In this document: piece by piece, positions 1 through 9,750 of the stretch
How the letters are laid out: each line of letters opens with the position of its first letter
Numbering within the stretch: the stretch's first letter is position 1
Assembly: GCA_038212275.1 (NCBI GenBank)
Contig: JBBQUR010000020.1
Location: 11,970-75,969 of the forward strand
Reading direction: 5' to 3'
DNA from: Planctomycetota bacterium
GTDB lineage: Bacteria; Planctomycetota; B15-G4
DNA: 64,000 bases
Made by a program: the position numbers and the translations under genes
The notes under the pieces: model-generated
The model's database searches: none
What the model was told of the DNA's origin: nothing
What the model saw: the letters and a program-made list of their open reading frames with translations, nothing else

Positions 1-198
1 GAAGGCATCGAGACCTGCACGGAGATGCGCCGCTGGCATCCCGGCCTGCCCTTCCTCGCGATGTCCGGCGCACCCGGCGGCAGCAACTACGTACGCATCG
101 CCATGAAGCTCGGCGCAGCCGGCAGCCTCGCCAAGCCCTTCACCGCGCAGGAACTCAGCGACGCCCTGGACCACGCGCTGGCCGTCGGTCAGGGCTGA
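1..198 (+). CDS. Response regulator receiver domain, C-terminal fragment (gene starts before the window)
   Basis: Frame +1 reads ...LPFLAMSGAPGGSNYVRIAMKLGAAGSLAKPFTAQELSDALDHAL..., which fits the alpha4-beta5-alpha5 region of a CheY-like receiver (KPF, EL..L). The stop TGA is at 196-198. Confidence 0.45.
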   Translation, partial: EGIETCTEMRRWHPGLPFLAMSGAPGGSNYVRIAMKLGAAGSLAKPFTAQELSDALDHALAVGQG

Positions 199-2060
199 TA
201 CGACTCCAGCGTGACGCCGTTCTCGTCGGCAGCCACTGCCGAGATCGATCCGCCGCGGATGTATTTCTCCACGACCGCTGCGGGAGGCATCCGCATGTCG
301 GCCAGCGCCTGCAGGAAGCTCACCATCTCTGCGAAGCCCGGGTCTTGCTGCAGTGCCGAGATGACAGGGGTGACGGCGCCCGCCACGGTCTGCATGCCGG
401 TGATCGCGCTCTTGGCGGCGTCCGCGTAGCTCATCACGCCCGGCCGCATGCCGAGGCTCGCCAGCGCAGCCTTGTAGGAGTCGCTGTTCGCGAGGCTCGG
501 CAGATCCGTGGAGGCGCGATGCCGCAGCACGTCCTGCAACATCGTGGACGACAGCGACAGCACCAGCGCATCGGGCAGCACGCAGTACTGGATGGTCACC
601 GGCGGCAACGGCAGGCTGTAGATCTCCTGTCCCTGGAACTCGAGACGCTGACGCCCGGCGTGCAGCCCGCGGCGGCGGATCAGGTCCTCCAGGATGCCGT
701 TGAAGGCCTTGCCGTCGTTGAGCCCGATGACGGCCACGACGTTCATCGGCGCCGCTTCCGACCCCGGGAAGGCCTCGGAGGCCTCGACGTCGTCCGAAAC
801 CACCGTGACCTGGCCGTCGAGCAGCGTGAGCAGATCCTCGCGCACGCTGAAGCCGAGGTCCTGTTCCATCTCCGCCAGCGTGCTCGCGATTTGATCAGGC
901 GGCAGCATGCCGCTCTCGACCGCGATGCTGAGGGCCTCGTCGAACAGTCCGGGGAAGTCCACGTGCCACGCCGTCATGCTCCGGCTGTCGGCAGCGACCG
1001 AGGCGGCATGGCCCGTGGCGACCGGGCTGAGCAGGGTGCGCAGCAGACCCGGCACCCAGCCCTTGCCAGGCATGACCACGTGCGCCTGCATGCGCATGCC
1101 GCGCGCATCGGCCGTGGAATGCAGCGCGAACGAGCCGAGCGACAGCAATCCCAGCTTGTCGAAGAAGCCGGTCATCGTGACCCCGTCGATCGGAGAGTCG
1201 GCATCCTCGACGAGCTCGCCATCGTCGGCCCACCGCCGCGCATTGGCGAGCGACGATGCGAGGCTGAACGTCACCACCTGCGACAGGTCCACCCACACCG
1301 ACGAGCCGCCGTGCTGGCTTGCCACCGAGTTGCGGAAGGCGGGGACGTCCGCGAGCACGTCGTCGTCGTCGCCATCGAGCGCGCCCAGCACGGACTCCAT
1401 CACGTCGTCCTTGGACTCCAGCGCTCCGAGGACGCAGACCAGCGTGCTGCCGTGGAAGGCCACGCGCACCGAGAAGCTCTCGGGCTCGTCCTGGCCTTCG
1501 GTGTGGAGCAACGTGACTTCCGTGTCGCCGACGGTTTCCGTCGTGCGCGCGACGCGCTCTTTCTCGCCCGCACGATCGATGATCTGCTCCACGATCAGCC
1601 GGGCCTCATCGACGTCGTCGCCGAAGTCCGCCAGCAGCGCCGCGCCGAGGCCGTACTCGTCATGCTCCGTATCCAGCGACGGATCCGGAAAGCTGGTGAC
1701 CGCGACGGCGAACGAACCGTGCACCATGTCCACGAGTTCGGTCGGATCGACTCCGAGCTGCTCCTTCAGCATCGCGCCCAGCGCCTTCCACTGCTGCTCC
1801 ATGCCGGTGCGCATCGAGTCGCTCGCGGGGTCCTTCCAGAGCCTGCCCCACGAGGACTCCGAGGCGTCGTGCCACATGCCATCGACATCCGCGATGCCCA
1901 TGAACGCGCAGGTCCGGGCCGGCAGCACGTGCTCGAAGCCCTGGTGCGAGGACGCCGCGAGCGCAGCCGCAGCACGCGCCCCGCCGACCGGAGCCTCCTG
2001 CGCAGGGACTTGCGCCGCAAGCAGCAGCACCAGCAGAGTCGGGACGATGCGGATGCTCAT
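189..2060 (-). CDS. Secreted hypothetical protein (623 aa)
   Basis: Long ORF with a clear N-terminal signal peptide (MSIRIVPTLLVLLLAAQVPAQEAP) and codon usage typical of the window. No recognisable catalytic motif. Overlaps the downstream FG-GAP gene stop by 4 nt. Confidence 0.55.
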   Translation of the reverse strand: MSIRIVPTLLVLLLAAQVPAQEAPVGGARAAAALAASSHQGFEHVLPARTCAFMGIADVDGMWHDASESSWGRLWKDPASDSMRTGMEQQWKALGAMLKEQLGVDPTELVDMVHGSFAVAVTSFPDPSLDTEHDEYGLGAALLADFGDDVDEARLIVEQIIDRAGEKERVARTTETVGDTEVTLLHTEGQDEPESFSVRVAFHGSTLVCVLGALESKDDVMESVLGALDGDDDDVLADVPAFRNSVASQHGGSSVWVDLSQVVTFSLASSLANARRWADDGELVEDADSPIDGVTMTGFFDKLGLLSLGSFALHSTADARGMRMQAHVVMPGKGWVPGLLRTLLSPVATGHAASVAADSRSMTAWHVDFPGLFDEALSIAVESGMLPPDQIASTLAEMEQDLGFSVREDLLTLLDGQVTVVSDDVEASEAFPGSEAAPMNVVAVIGLNDGKAFNGILEDLIRRRGLHAGRQRLEFQGQEIYSLPLPPVTIQYCVLPDALVLSLSSTMLQDVLRHRASTDLPSLANSDSYKAALASLGMRPGVMSYADAAKSAITGMQTVAGAVTPVISALQQDPGFAEMVSFLQALADMRMPPAAVVEKYIRGGSISAVAADENGVTLESYQP

Positions 2061-4477
2061 GGCTTGCTCTCCTGCGGATAGACGATGAGTCGGTCGTGAA
2101 CGAGGATCGCGACGTCCGTGAGGCCGTCGCCGGTGAGCTCCGCGAGCACGATCTCGCGCGGCTCCTGTCCGCCGCGCCCGGACTCGAAGAGGCGTTCCTC
2201 ATAGACGGGGAAGCGCAGGGCGAACGCGAGCGCGTCGGGCTGCACGGCTGCGATCACGAGCTGATGCCGCGAGGTCTCGGTCATCACGACGTCGGCCATG
2301 CCGTCGTCGTTCACGTCGCCGATGGCGAGGGCCGTGACCCTTGCGTTCTTGACCGGCACCTCGAAGTCGTGCACCGCGACCAGCGTGGAGGCCGAGCCGC
2401 CGCTCTCGATGAGTCCGTAGCGATCCGCCCCGACGAGCACGAGCCGCTCGGCGCTTCCAGGCGATGCGGTGCCCGACGATGCGCCGTCCACGAGGATCGC
2501 GCGCGGCACGTTGCCGCCGAGATCCACGCGCGCCACCACGCGGTTCTCGCCGCCTGGCTCGCGACGCAGCACGTACAGCAGCTGCTGGCTGCGATCGGCG
2601 AGGACGATCTCGCGCCGGCCGTCGCCATCAAGGTCTGCCGCGGCGACGCACGCGATCTGCGAACCGGGATCGGGCAGGTTGAATTGCTCCACGACGACCG
2701 CCTGGCCGGCGGCGTCGAGGCTCAGGGCGCGCGTGAAGTTGGGGCCCGGCACGAGCAGCTCGGACGTGCCGTCACCATCGATGTCGCCGAAGTAGAGCGA
2801 CTCGCGCGACACGCCCTTGAGCAAGCCGAGACCCGGCCGCTGCTCGACGTTCAGCTCGGTGAACACCGAGCCGGACGTCGGATCGGCGTTGGCCAGCAGG
2901 ATGCGCGGGAGGTCGCCGGAGAGGAAGACGATCGCATCGCTGTCGCCGTCGCGATCGAGGTCGGCGAGCAGCAGGTCCTGCGGGTCGGCTTTCAGTCCGG
3001 CGAGCGGCGTGCGCGACTGCACGTTCCCGTCCGCGTCCAGCCTGCACAGGGCAAAGCTGCGCTTGCTGCCCTTGCCGGCGCCGGTGATCGCCCAGAGCGC
3101 GTCGGGCCCGCCCTGCACGGCCGGAGCGACGTCCAGCGCGAGCAGTTCCGGCTTCGTCGCGTCGCCATCGGTCACCGGCGGCAGCGGCAGCGCCGTCGGA
3201 AACGACAGGTCGCCGCCCGCGCCGATCCGCGCGAGTCCGATGGCGCCCTCGTCGGGCGCCGCGACAACGAGCGCGCGGCCCGTCGGCGAACCGGAGGCGT
3301 CGGCCAGCCGCAGAAGATGTGGCGTGCGCGAACCGAGCAGCGAGCTGTGCACGACCGCCGTGCCGTCGATCGACGCATCGACGAGCACACGCGCCGCGCT
3401 CGGCTCGGTCACGATCAGGTCGTTGCGACCGTCGCCATCCACGTCCGCCAGCACGAGGTCGCGCCCACCGCCGTCTTTCAGCGGCACGAAGGCCACGCTG
3501 CTGATGGACGACAACGGCAGCGCGCCGCTCTCCTGGCTGTCCGCCTCTCCGTAGCGGAGCAGCGTCACGCGGCCGCTCTGCTGGCGCACGACGGCGATCT
3601 CCGGCCGGCCGTCGCCGTCGGCATCGCCGAAACCCCAGGCGCGCAAGGCCGCGAGCCGCGCGCTTTCCTCGCGCCCGAAGCTGCCGTCGCCGGACCCGAG
3701 CCGCCAGCGCAGCGGCCATTCGGATGGCAGCTTCACGTAGAGCAGATCGAGCTTGCCGTCGCCGTTGAGGTCGAGCAGCTCGAAGTCGTCGGCCGCCGGC
3801 GTGGCCGCCGGAAGTTCCTCCGCCTCGAGGAGTTCGCCGTGGCTGTCCTGGCGCACCAGCCAGGTGGAGCGCGCGCCGCACACCAGCACGTCGACCCGGC
3901 CGTCGCCATCCACGTCGCCGGCGCGCAGGGCGGTGATGTCGCCGACGTCGGGCAGGCGCACGCGCCGCGGTGGCGGCATCGCTTCCGTCGAGCGCGCATC
4001 GTGCCACGCCACCGTGAGCTGGCCGCTGCTGCCCGTGAAGAGCAGCTCCGCGCGGCCGTCGCCGTCCATGTCGGCCAGCGCGAGCGCGAACAGCTTCTCC
4101 TCGGTCGGATACGACACGCGGTGGAAGAAGGCCTCCTCGGCGAGTTCGTTGATGCGGTCGGCCTCGGTGGTGGTGCCCTCGCCGGGCGCTTCGCCCTCGC
4201 GGCGACGCAGCAGCAGCTCGATGCGCGAGCGCGCGTTGTTGATCACCGCGAGGTCCGTCGCGCCATCACCGTCGAGGTCACCCTTGATCAGGCCGCGCAG
4301 GCCGTCATTGAAGCGGCTGACCTCCAGCCCCGAGAAGCCGTAGTTGCGGCCGAGTTCCGTGGGCAGTCCCGCCGGATCGTCGTCCTGCATCGCGGCGGCG
4401 CACGGCGTGGCGAGCGGTGTTCCGAGACCGGCAGCGAGAACGATCGCGGTGAACACGGCAGATGCAGGACGCGACAT
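2057..4477 (-). CDS. FG-GAP/VCBS repeat beta-propeller protein, secreted (about 807 aa)
   Basis: It contains more than ten Ca-binding FG-GAP-like motifs, D-x-[DN]-G-D-G-x-x-[DE] followed by hydrophobic residues (DLDGDGATDLAV, DMDGDGRAELLF, DVDGDGRVDVLV and others). The start is taken at the internal Met (MSRPASAVFTAIVLAAGLG) because it begins a signal peptide; the upstream 71 codons of the ORF are low-complexity. Confidence 0.7.
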   Translation of the reverse strand: MSRPASAVFTAIVLAAGLGTPLATPCAAAMQDDDPAGLPTELGRNYGFSGLEVSRFNDGLRGLIKGDLDGDGATDLAVINNARSRIELLLRRREGEAPGEGTTTEADRINELAEEAFFHRVSYPTEEKLFALALADMDGDGRAELLFTGSSGQLTVAWHDARSTEAMPPPRRVRLPDVGDITALRAGDVDGDGRVDVLVCGARSTWLVRQDSHGELLEAEELPAATPAADDFELLDLNGDGKLDLLYVKLPSEWPLRWRLGSGDGSFGREESARLAALRAWGFGDADGDGRPEIAVVRQQSGRVTLLRYGEADSQESGALPLSSISSVAFVPLKDGGGRDLVLADVDGDGRNDLIVTEPSAARVLVDASIDGTAVVHSSLLGSRTPHLLRLADASGSPTGRALVVAAPDEGAIGLARIGAGGDLSFPTALPLPPVTDGDATKPELLALDVAPAVQGGPDALWAITGAGKGSKRSFALCRLDADGNVQSRTPLAGLKADPQDLLLADLDRDGDSDAIVFLSGDLPRILLANADPTSGSVFTELNVEQRPGLGLLKGVSRESLYFGDIDGDGTSELLVPGPNFTRALSLDAAGQAVVVEQFNLPDPGSQIACVAAADLDGDGRREIVLADRSQQLLYVLRREPGGENRVVARVDLGGNVPRAILVDGASSGTASPGSAERLVLVGADRYGLIESGGSASTLVAVHDFEVPVKNARVTALAIGDVNDDGMADVVMTETSRHQLVIAAVQPDALAFALRFPVYEERLFESGRGGQEPREIVLAELTGDGLTDVAILVHDRLIVYPQESKP

Positions 4478-4690
4478 GCGGCAGGCCCCCGGAAGCTGAG
4501 ATCCGTGGGCGCCCGCAGCACCCGAGCACGCGGGCGGCTTGGGTCGGGCGACACGATCGGCGCGCAGGTTAGCCGACGATGCGCCGGCCGGGAAAGGGGG
4601 ACGGCGCGACGCGGACGGCAGCGCCGCACATGAGCCACGAGTATGATCCGCCCCGAGCGCGGCAAGCTCGCGCAGCCCGGGGACTCTCAC

Positions 4691-5755
4691 ATGCTCACGC
4701 GTCCGACCCGCTCACTGCTCACGACCTGCGCGTCGCTGCTCGCCGCGGCCACCCTGCTGGCGCCGGCCTCCGCCGCGCAGGTCGCAACACCCGGCGAAGC
4801 CGCGGCGCCCGACGCCCCCGTGGCGCCCGGGTTGCGGCCGCTGCCCTCGGCCGACCTCCCCGGCAGCGTGCTCTCCTCCGGCGCCACCAGCGAGGAGGAC
4901 GTGCGCCTCTCCGACGGCGCGTCCATCCGCGGCCGCATCATCAAGGAGACCGAGGAGAACCTCTTCGTGGACGTGGGCTTCACCGTGCTGCAGGTGCCGC
5001 GCGCCAATGTGCTCGCGCGCACGCCCGTCAGCCTGGACGTCGCCGAGCCCGGCGCGGAAATCCGGCGCGGCCTCTACAGCCAGTCCTCGCTGCCGGAGGT
5101 CACGGTGAAGGAAGCGGTGGCCAGGTTCGGCGCGGGCGTCGTGCAGGTCAAGGTGCCTGGCGCGCTCGGCAGCGGCTTCATCGTCAGCGACGACGGCTAC
5201 ATCATCACCAACGCGCACGTCGTGCAGGGCGAGGCCGAGGTGTCGGTGGTCATCTACCCGAACAACGGCGACGAGTCGCAGAAGGAGACGCTCAAAAAGG
5301 TGCGCCTCGTGGCGGTCAACCAGTTCGCGGACCTCGCGCTGCTCAAGGTCGACGACTCCGAGCTGGCCGGCCGCAAGCTCACCAAGGTCTTCCTCGGCGA
5401 CAGCTCCGACGTGCGCGTGGGCGAGTCCATCTTCGCGATCGGTTCGCCGCTCGGCCTCGAGCGCACCGTGAGCGAGGGCGTCATCTCGACGACCACGCGC
5501 GCCATCGAGGGCCGCATCTACCTGCAGACCACCGCCCCCATCAATCCGGGCAACAGCGGCGGGCCGATGTTCAACCGCAAGGGCCAGGTCATCGGCGTGA
5601 ACTCGCTGAAGATCATGTACACCGACGGCCTCGGCTTCGCGATTCCCGTGGACGCGGTGCGCCAGTTCATCGAGAACCGCGAGGCCTTCGCCTACGACCG
5701 CGAGAGCCCGAACAGCGGCTACAACTACGTGACCCCGCCGCGGCGTCAGCGCTGA
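4691..5755 (+). CDS. Trypsin-like serine protease, S1C (HtrA/DegP-like, no PDZ domain)
   Basis: Signal peptide, the motif GSGFIVSDDGYIITNAHVV (catalytic His region) and GNSGGPMFNRKGQVIGVNS (catalytic Ser GNSGGP). Start chosen at MLTRPTRSLL, which gives a signal peptide. Confidence 0.7.
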   Translation: MLTRPTRSLLTTCASLLAAATLLAPASAAQVATPGEAAAPDAPVAPGLRPLPSADLPGSVLSSGATSEEDVRLSDGASIRGRIIKETEENLFVDVGFTVLQVPRANVLARTPVSLDVAEPGAEIRRGLYSQSSLPEVTVKEAVARFGAGVVQVKVPGALGSGFIVSDDGYIITNAHVVQGEAEVSVVIYPNNGDESQKETLKKVRLVAVNQFADLALLKVDDSELAGRKLTKVFLGDSSDVRVGESIFAIGSPLGLERTVSEGVISTTTRAIEGRIYLQTTAPINPGNSGGPMFNRKGQVIGVNSLKIMYTDGLGFAIPVDAVRQFIENREAFAYDRESPNSGYNYVTPPRRQR

Positions 5756-6507
5756 GCGGAGCGCGCGCGGGACAGCAGCCGCGCCGCGTCCGCGTCGAGC
5801 ATCACGCGGACATCCGCGTGGCCGCGCAGCAGGCTGGCCGGCACGTCGCGGGTGACGGGGCCCTGCAGCGCGCGGGCCACGATGGCGGCCTTCCCCGCGC
5901 CGGTGACCAGCAGCCGGATGCGGCGCGCGCGGCGGATCGTGTGCAGGCCGATGCTCAGTGCGTGGCCGGGCAGGCCGCGCCCCGCATCACGGCGCGAGCC
6001 GGGCGAGAGCAGCACCAGTCGCGTGCGGCTGTCGGGCGCGCTGCCCGGCTCGTTGAAGGCGACGTGACCGTTGCGGCCGAGTCCCAGCAGCACCAGGTCG
6101 GGGCCACCGCCGGCCGTGACGGCATCTTCGCAGGCCCCGGCCGTCGCCACGACTTCCTCGCGGCTGACGCTGCCGTCGGGCAGATGCGCGGCGCCGGGCG
6201 TCAGATCCACGGCGCCGAGAAGCTGCGACTGCATGAAGGAGGCGAAGCTGCGCGCATCGTCGCGCGACATCGGCCAGTACTCGTCGAGGTTGAAGCTGCG
6301 CACACCGCGGAACGAGAGTTCACCGGCGCGATGGCGCGCAACGAGTTCCGCATAGACGGGCTTCGGCGTGGAGCCCGTCGGCAGACCGAGCAGCAGACCC
6401 GCCCCGCGGGCCGCGTGGCAGCGGATGAGTTGCGAGATCTCGTCGGCAACGGCGCGGCACGCCGCCGCCGCCGTGGGACGGATCTCGATGCGCAGCGGCC
6501 GGTTCAT
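5746..6507 (-). CDS. nagB: Glucosamine-6-phosphate deaminase
   Basis: The motifs SFNLDEY and GLGRNGHVAFNEPGS match the NagB signature (FN.DEY ... G.G.DGH.AFNEPGS). About 253 aa, start at MNRPLRIEI. Confidence 0.7.
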   Translation of the reverse strand: MNRPLRIEIRPTAAAACRAVADEISQLIRCHAARGAGLLLGLPTGSTPKPVYAELVARHRAGELSFRGVRSFNLDEYWPMSRDDARSFASFMQSQLLGAVDLTPGAAHLPDGSVSREEVVATAGACEDAVTAGGGPDLVLLGLGRNGHVAFNEPGSAPDSRTRLVLLSPGSRRDAGRGLPGHALSIGLHTIRRARRIRLLVTGAGKAAIVARALQGPVTRDVPASLLRGHADVRVMLDADAARLLSRARSAQR

Positions 6508-6616
6508 GCTGCGGAACGCTAGCACGCCGGCTCGCGCGCCATGCACCCGCACGCCCCGCACTCACGAGTCGAGTGCTCACGCCTCGCGCACTGGTGCCGT
6601 CGTGCAGCGTCCACGG

Positions 6617-7762
6617 TCACGCGCTGCAGGCCGTCACCTCGTTACCGTTCGCGCCGAGCTGCCGCAGCAGAAAGTCGCCACCGTGGGCGGCCAGCAGCGC
6701 CTTGCACTCCTCCAGCCGCGCGTAGTCCTCCGTGCCGCGGAATTTCAGGGTCACGACGAAGCGGTGGCAGGCCCGGCCCGGTAGCCAGCGCGCCAGCAGC
6801 TCCAGCGTGCGCTCCGGGAAGGCGATGACGTCGCAGAGCAGCCAGTCCACCGGCGCGGCGGGGTCGGGCGCGTGCTTGAAGGCGTCGCCCTGCACGAAGG
6901 AGAGCAGCGGGTGCGCCATGAGGTCCTCGCGCAGCGGCGCGCGATCCACGGCCAGCACGGACGCACCGCGCGCCAGGGCCACCGCGCTCCAGCCGCCCGG
7001 CGACGCGCCGAGATCCAGCACGTGCTGGCCCGCTTCGATGCGCTGCCCGAGGTGCAACTCCGCTTCGAGCAGCTTGCGATAGGCGCGCGACGGCGGGCTG
7101 CGGTCCACGGGCACCTCGACCACGCCCGCAGGATGACGCGACAGGACGTGGCGCCACGTGTGCCGCAGCGCGGGCGGCGCCACCGAGATCCAGCCCTGCT
7201 CGAGGTCGGTGAGGAGCACCTGCACGAGCGCCTCCTGCGAGGACGAGGCGCTGCGCACGTCGTCGGAGACGAGGGCGCGATGCAGCACACGGCGACGCTC
7301 CTTGAGCCGCGCGAGCAACTGCTCGCGCACGAGCTGCGCACGGCCACCTCCCAGCTTGCTGCCGGGCACCGGCGCGGCCAGGACGTGCAGGCGCCACGGG
7401 CCGACGTGCGCGGCCAGCGCGTCCGCGACGAGCGTGACGCAAAGGTCGGCCCAGCGCGCGACGGACGGCGCCGTCACCGGCCGGGCGTCCGGCAGCACCT
7501 GCGTGGCGAAGGCCAGCGACGGGTCGGCCGAGGCCTGCGCGCCCGCCACGCGCAGCAGGCCGGGCGCGAGCACGTCGACGCCACAGCCGGGCAGCGCGCG
7601 ACGGAGCTCGTCCCTCAGATGCTCGTCGCGACCGGGTGCGGCCAGCAGCAGCGAGGCCCCGGTCGATGCGTCGCCGCGTGCATCGGCCCGCGTGTCGGCC
7701 CGCGTGTCGGGCGGCGAGACGTCGGGCGGCAGGACGTCGGGCGGCGGATCGCGAGGTGGCAT
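6617..7762 (-). CDS. rlmM: 23S rRNA (cytidine2498-2'-O)-methyltransferase RlmM
   Basis: C-terminal FtsJ-like SAM methyltransferase domain (VLDLGASPGGWS) and a C-terminus that matches the RlmM-specific region (RFVVTLKFRGTEDYARLEECKALLAAHG). The N-terminus LLLAAPGRDEHLRDELRRALPG resembles the RlmM start VVLLCRPGFEKE. The only in-frame ATG upstream adds a roughly 35-aa Pro/Asp-rich low-complexity extension. Confidence 0.65.
   Translation of the reverse strand: MPPRDPPPDVLPPDVSPPDTRADTRADARGDASTGASLLLAAPGRDEHLRDELRRALPGCGVDVLAPGLLRVAGAQASADPSLAFATQVLPDARPVTAPSVARWADLCVTLVADALAAHVGPWRLHVLAAPVPGSKLGGGRAQLVREQLLARLKERRRVLHRALVSDDVRSASSSQEALVQVLLTDLEQGWISVAPPALRHTWRHVLSRHPAGVVEVPVDRSPPSRAYRKLLEAELHLGQRIEAGQHVLDLGASPGGWSAVALARGASVLAVDRAPLREDLMAHPLLSFVQGDAFKHAPDPAAPVDWLLCDVIAFPERTLELLARWLPGRACHRFVVTLKFRGTEDYARLEECKALLAAHGGDFLLRQLGANGNEVTACSA
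7690..7760. repeat. Short direct repeats (12-nt units ccgcccgacgtc x2 and gacacgcgggcc x2) inside the rlmM 5' extension
   Basis: Seen in the sequence. They encode PPDVLPPDVSPPDTRADTRADA. Confidence 0.5.
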
Positions 7763-7897
7763 GGGGACATCTTCACGATGCGCGTCGTCCGCGCATAGAA
7801 TGCGCGTGCCGAGCAGGACATGGCTCGACGTGGACGCGATCGCACGATCCGTCCGGCGTGGTCCGCTGCCACGCGCCGACTCCCGGAACCGCTGCCG

Positions 7898-8038
7898 ATG
7901 AATGCCGTGCTGGCCTATCTGAAGACGCACAAGCTGGCCTGGATGCTGCCCATCCTGCTGTTCCTCGTGCTGCTGCTGGTCATCGCGTGGAAGATCGCGC
8001 AGACGCCTGACGATCCCTTCGCGTATCGGAGCTACTGA
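7898..8038 (+). CDS. Small single-pass membrane protein (46 aa), hypothetical
   Basis: MNAVLAYLKTHKLAWMLPILLFLVLLLVIAWKIAQTPDDPFAYRSY has one strong TM helix and high GC3 codon usage. It ends 5 nt before the GTG start of the SGNH-like gene and is probably co-transcribed with it. Confidence 0.35.
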   Translation: MNAVLAYLKTHKLAWMLPILLFLVLLLVIAWKIAQTPDDPFAYRSY

Positions 8039-8042
8039 CGGC

Positions 8043-9677
8043 GTGACCGCGCCAGCCGGCGAGCGCAAGCCTTCGCGCGGGCGCCTGGCCGGCCTGCTGC
8101 TGGGGCTGCTGCCGCTGCTCGCGCTGCTGCTCGTGTCGGAGGCTGCGCTGTGGCTGGCAGGCGCGGGCGATCCGGGCGAGCGTCGCGCGTTGCGCGCAGG
8201 CTTCGACGATCAGGCCAGCTACTTCGTGCCGGACCCCGACGTCCCCGGCGGCTGGCGCACGCAGATGTACGTCGGCGACAACGAGCAGCACCCCGAGGTG
8301 ATCATCCCGCCGAAGAGCGCTCGGCTGCGCGTGCTGCTGTTCGGCGGGAGCAACACCGAGGGATTTCCCACGGAATTCATCCGGCAGCAGCTTCAGGCGG
8401 CGCTCGCCACCGGCGACGTGGAGGGTTCGGCCGACGTCTCGCGAACCCCGGGGGCACCGCTGGCCTCCGTCGAGGTCATCAACCTCGGGCGGCACGGCTA
8501 TGGCAGCGAGCGCATCGCCATCCTGTTCCGGCAGGCTTTCGTGCTGCAACCCGACGTCGTCTTCCTCTACATGGGCCACAACGAGTTCGTCGAGCGCGGC
8601 TTCGCGATGGAACTCGCGCAGCAGTGGAGCGCGCCATGGCAGTCGCGCCTCGCGGACGGACTGGCGCACCTGCGCACGCTCAACGTCGCCGTCGAGGCGC
8701 TGCGGCAGATGTCCGCGCCGGGGACAGGCGCCGGCCGGACGCCCGAGGCTCGCGCCGATCGCGGCCCCGAGTTCGACGCCTTGCAGCACGATCAGACGGA
8801 GATTTTCTTCGACGTGTACCGCCAGCGCTACGAGGGCATGCTCGCCCTTGCGGCCGAGGCCGGCGTGCCCGTGCTGATCTCCACGGTCATCGGCAACGAC
8901 TTCGACCCGCCCTGCCGCATGAATTTCGCGCCGAAGTACACGCAGGCACAGATCGACGCCTGCCTCGCCGCGCGCGGCCTTGCGCTGGAGTGCATTCCTC
9001 CGCGCTACCTCCCCGGCCTGATCCAGACGCGCGCCGACGATCCGGTGATTCACCTGCGCCCCACGAACTGGGGCGAGTCGCTGTCCGCGCAGAAGCAGGC
9101 CGCGCGCCGCAAGCTCAACGCGGGCACCGTCCCTCCCACGCTGCGCACGCTGCTGCCGCCGCTGGATCACGGGCCGTTCTGGACCGACCCGGCACTGTGG
9201 GACGCGGAGACGTCGACGCTGCTCGGCACCTTCGCCGCCGTCGTCGCCCGCGCACCGACGGAGCTGGAACGCCTCGCTCTGGTCACGGCCGCAGAGCGCT
9301 TCGAGGAGGCCAGGAAGCTCGCGCCGGAGCACGCCTTCACGCTCTTCGAGCAGGGCCTGTGCGTCTACCTCCTCGGCGGGACGTCACCTCGCGCCGAGAA
9401 GCTGCTGCGCGAGGCCGCGCGCGCCGACTGCTCACCCACGCGCGGCAACGACCTCAGCAACGACATCGTGCGGCAGCTTGCCGACGCGCACCCCGAGTGC
9501 GCCTTCGTCGACGCCGAAGCATGGATGCGGAGCTGCTTCCCGGACCGGCTCATCGGCTACGAGGTCATGATGGACAACTGCCACATGCACGCGCGCGTGC
9601 TGCCCTTCGTCATGGACCGCTTCGTGCCGCCGCTCGCGGCGCTTGCGCGCGGCGTGCTCGCGGAGCGCCAGCGCTGA
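8043..9677 (+). CDS. Membrane-anchored SGNH/GDSL-like hydrolase family protein with a C-terminal helical (TPR-like) region
   Basis: N-terminal TM anchor (LAGLLLGLLPLLALLLVS). Block I LFGGSNTEG resembles GDS(L)-type hydrolases, and there is a conserved GHNEFVERGF block and DNCHMHARV (a D-x-x-H catalytic dyad candidate). It is a paralog of the 48927..50525 gene, with high identity across these blocks. Confidence 0.55.
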   Translation: MTAPAGERKPSRGRLAGLLLGLLPLLALLLVSEAALWLAGAGDPGERRALRAGFDDQASYFVPDPDVPGGWRTQMYVGDNEQHPEVIIPPKSARLRVLLFGGSNTEGFPTEFIRQQLQAALATGDVEGSADVSRTPGAPLASVEVINLGRHGYGSERIAILFRQAFVLQPDVVFLYMGHNEFVERGFAMELAQQWSAPWQSRLADGLAHLRTLNVAVEALRQMSAPGTGAGRTPEARADRGPEFDALQHDQTEIFFDVYRQRYEGMLALAAEAGVPVLISTVIGNDFDPPCRMNFAPKYTQAQIDACLAARGLALECIPPRYLPGLIQTRADDPVIHLRPTNWGESLSAQKQAARRKLNAGTVPPTLRTLLPPLDHGPFWTDPALWDAETSTLLGTFAAVVARAPTELERLALVTAAERFEEARKLAPEHAFTLFEQGLCVYLLGGTSPRAEKLLREAARADCSPTRGNDLSNDIVRQLADAHPECAFVDAEAWMRSCFPDRLIGYEVMMDNCHMHARVLPFVMDRFVPPLAALARGVLAERQR

Positions 9678-9750
9678 TGTGCGCGAAGCGCACGGCGCTG
9701 ATGTGCGCGAAGCATGGAGGCGCTGAACGGTGCGCCGCGCGGCGGCCGCT

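Noticed and set aside
4579-6522. 647-aa plus-strand ORF upstream of and overlapping the protease and nagB
   Set aside because: An Arg/Gly-rich frame overlapping the well-supported S1C protease in another frame and nagB in antisense. No motifs.
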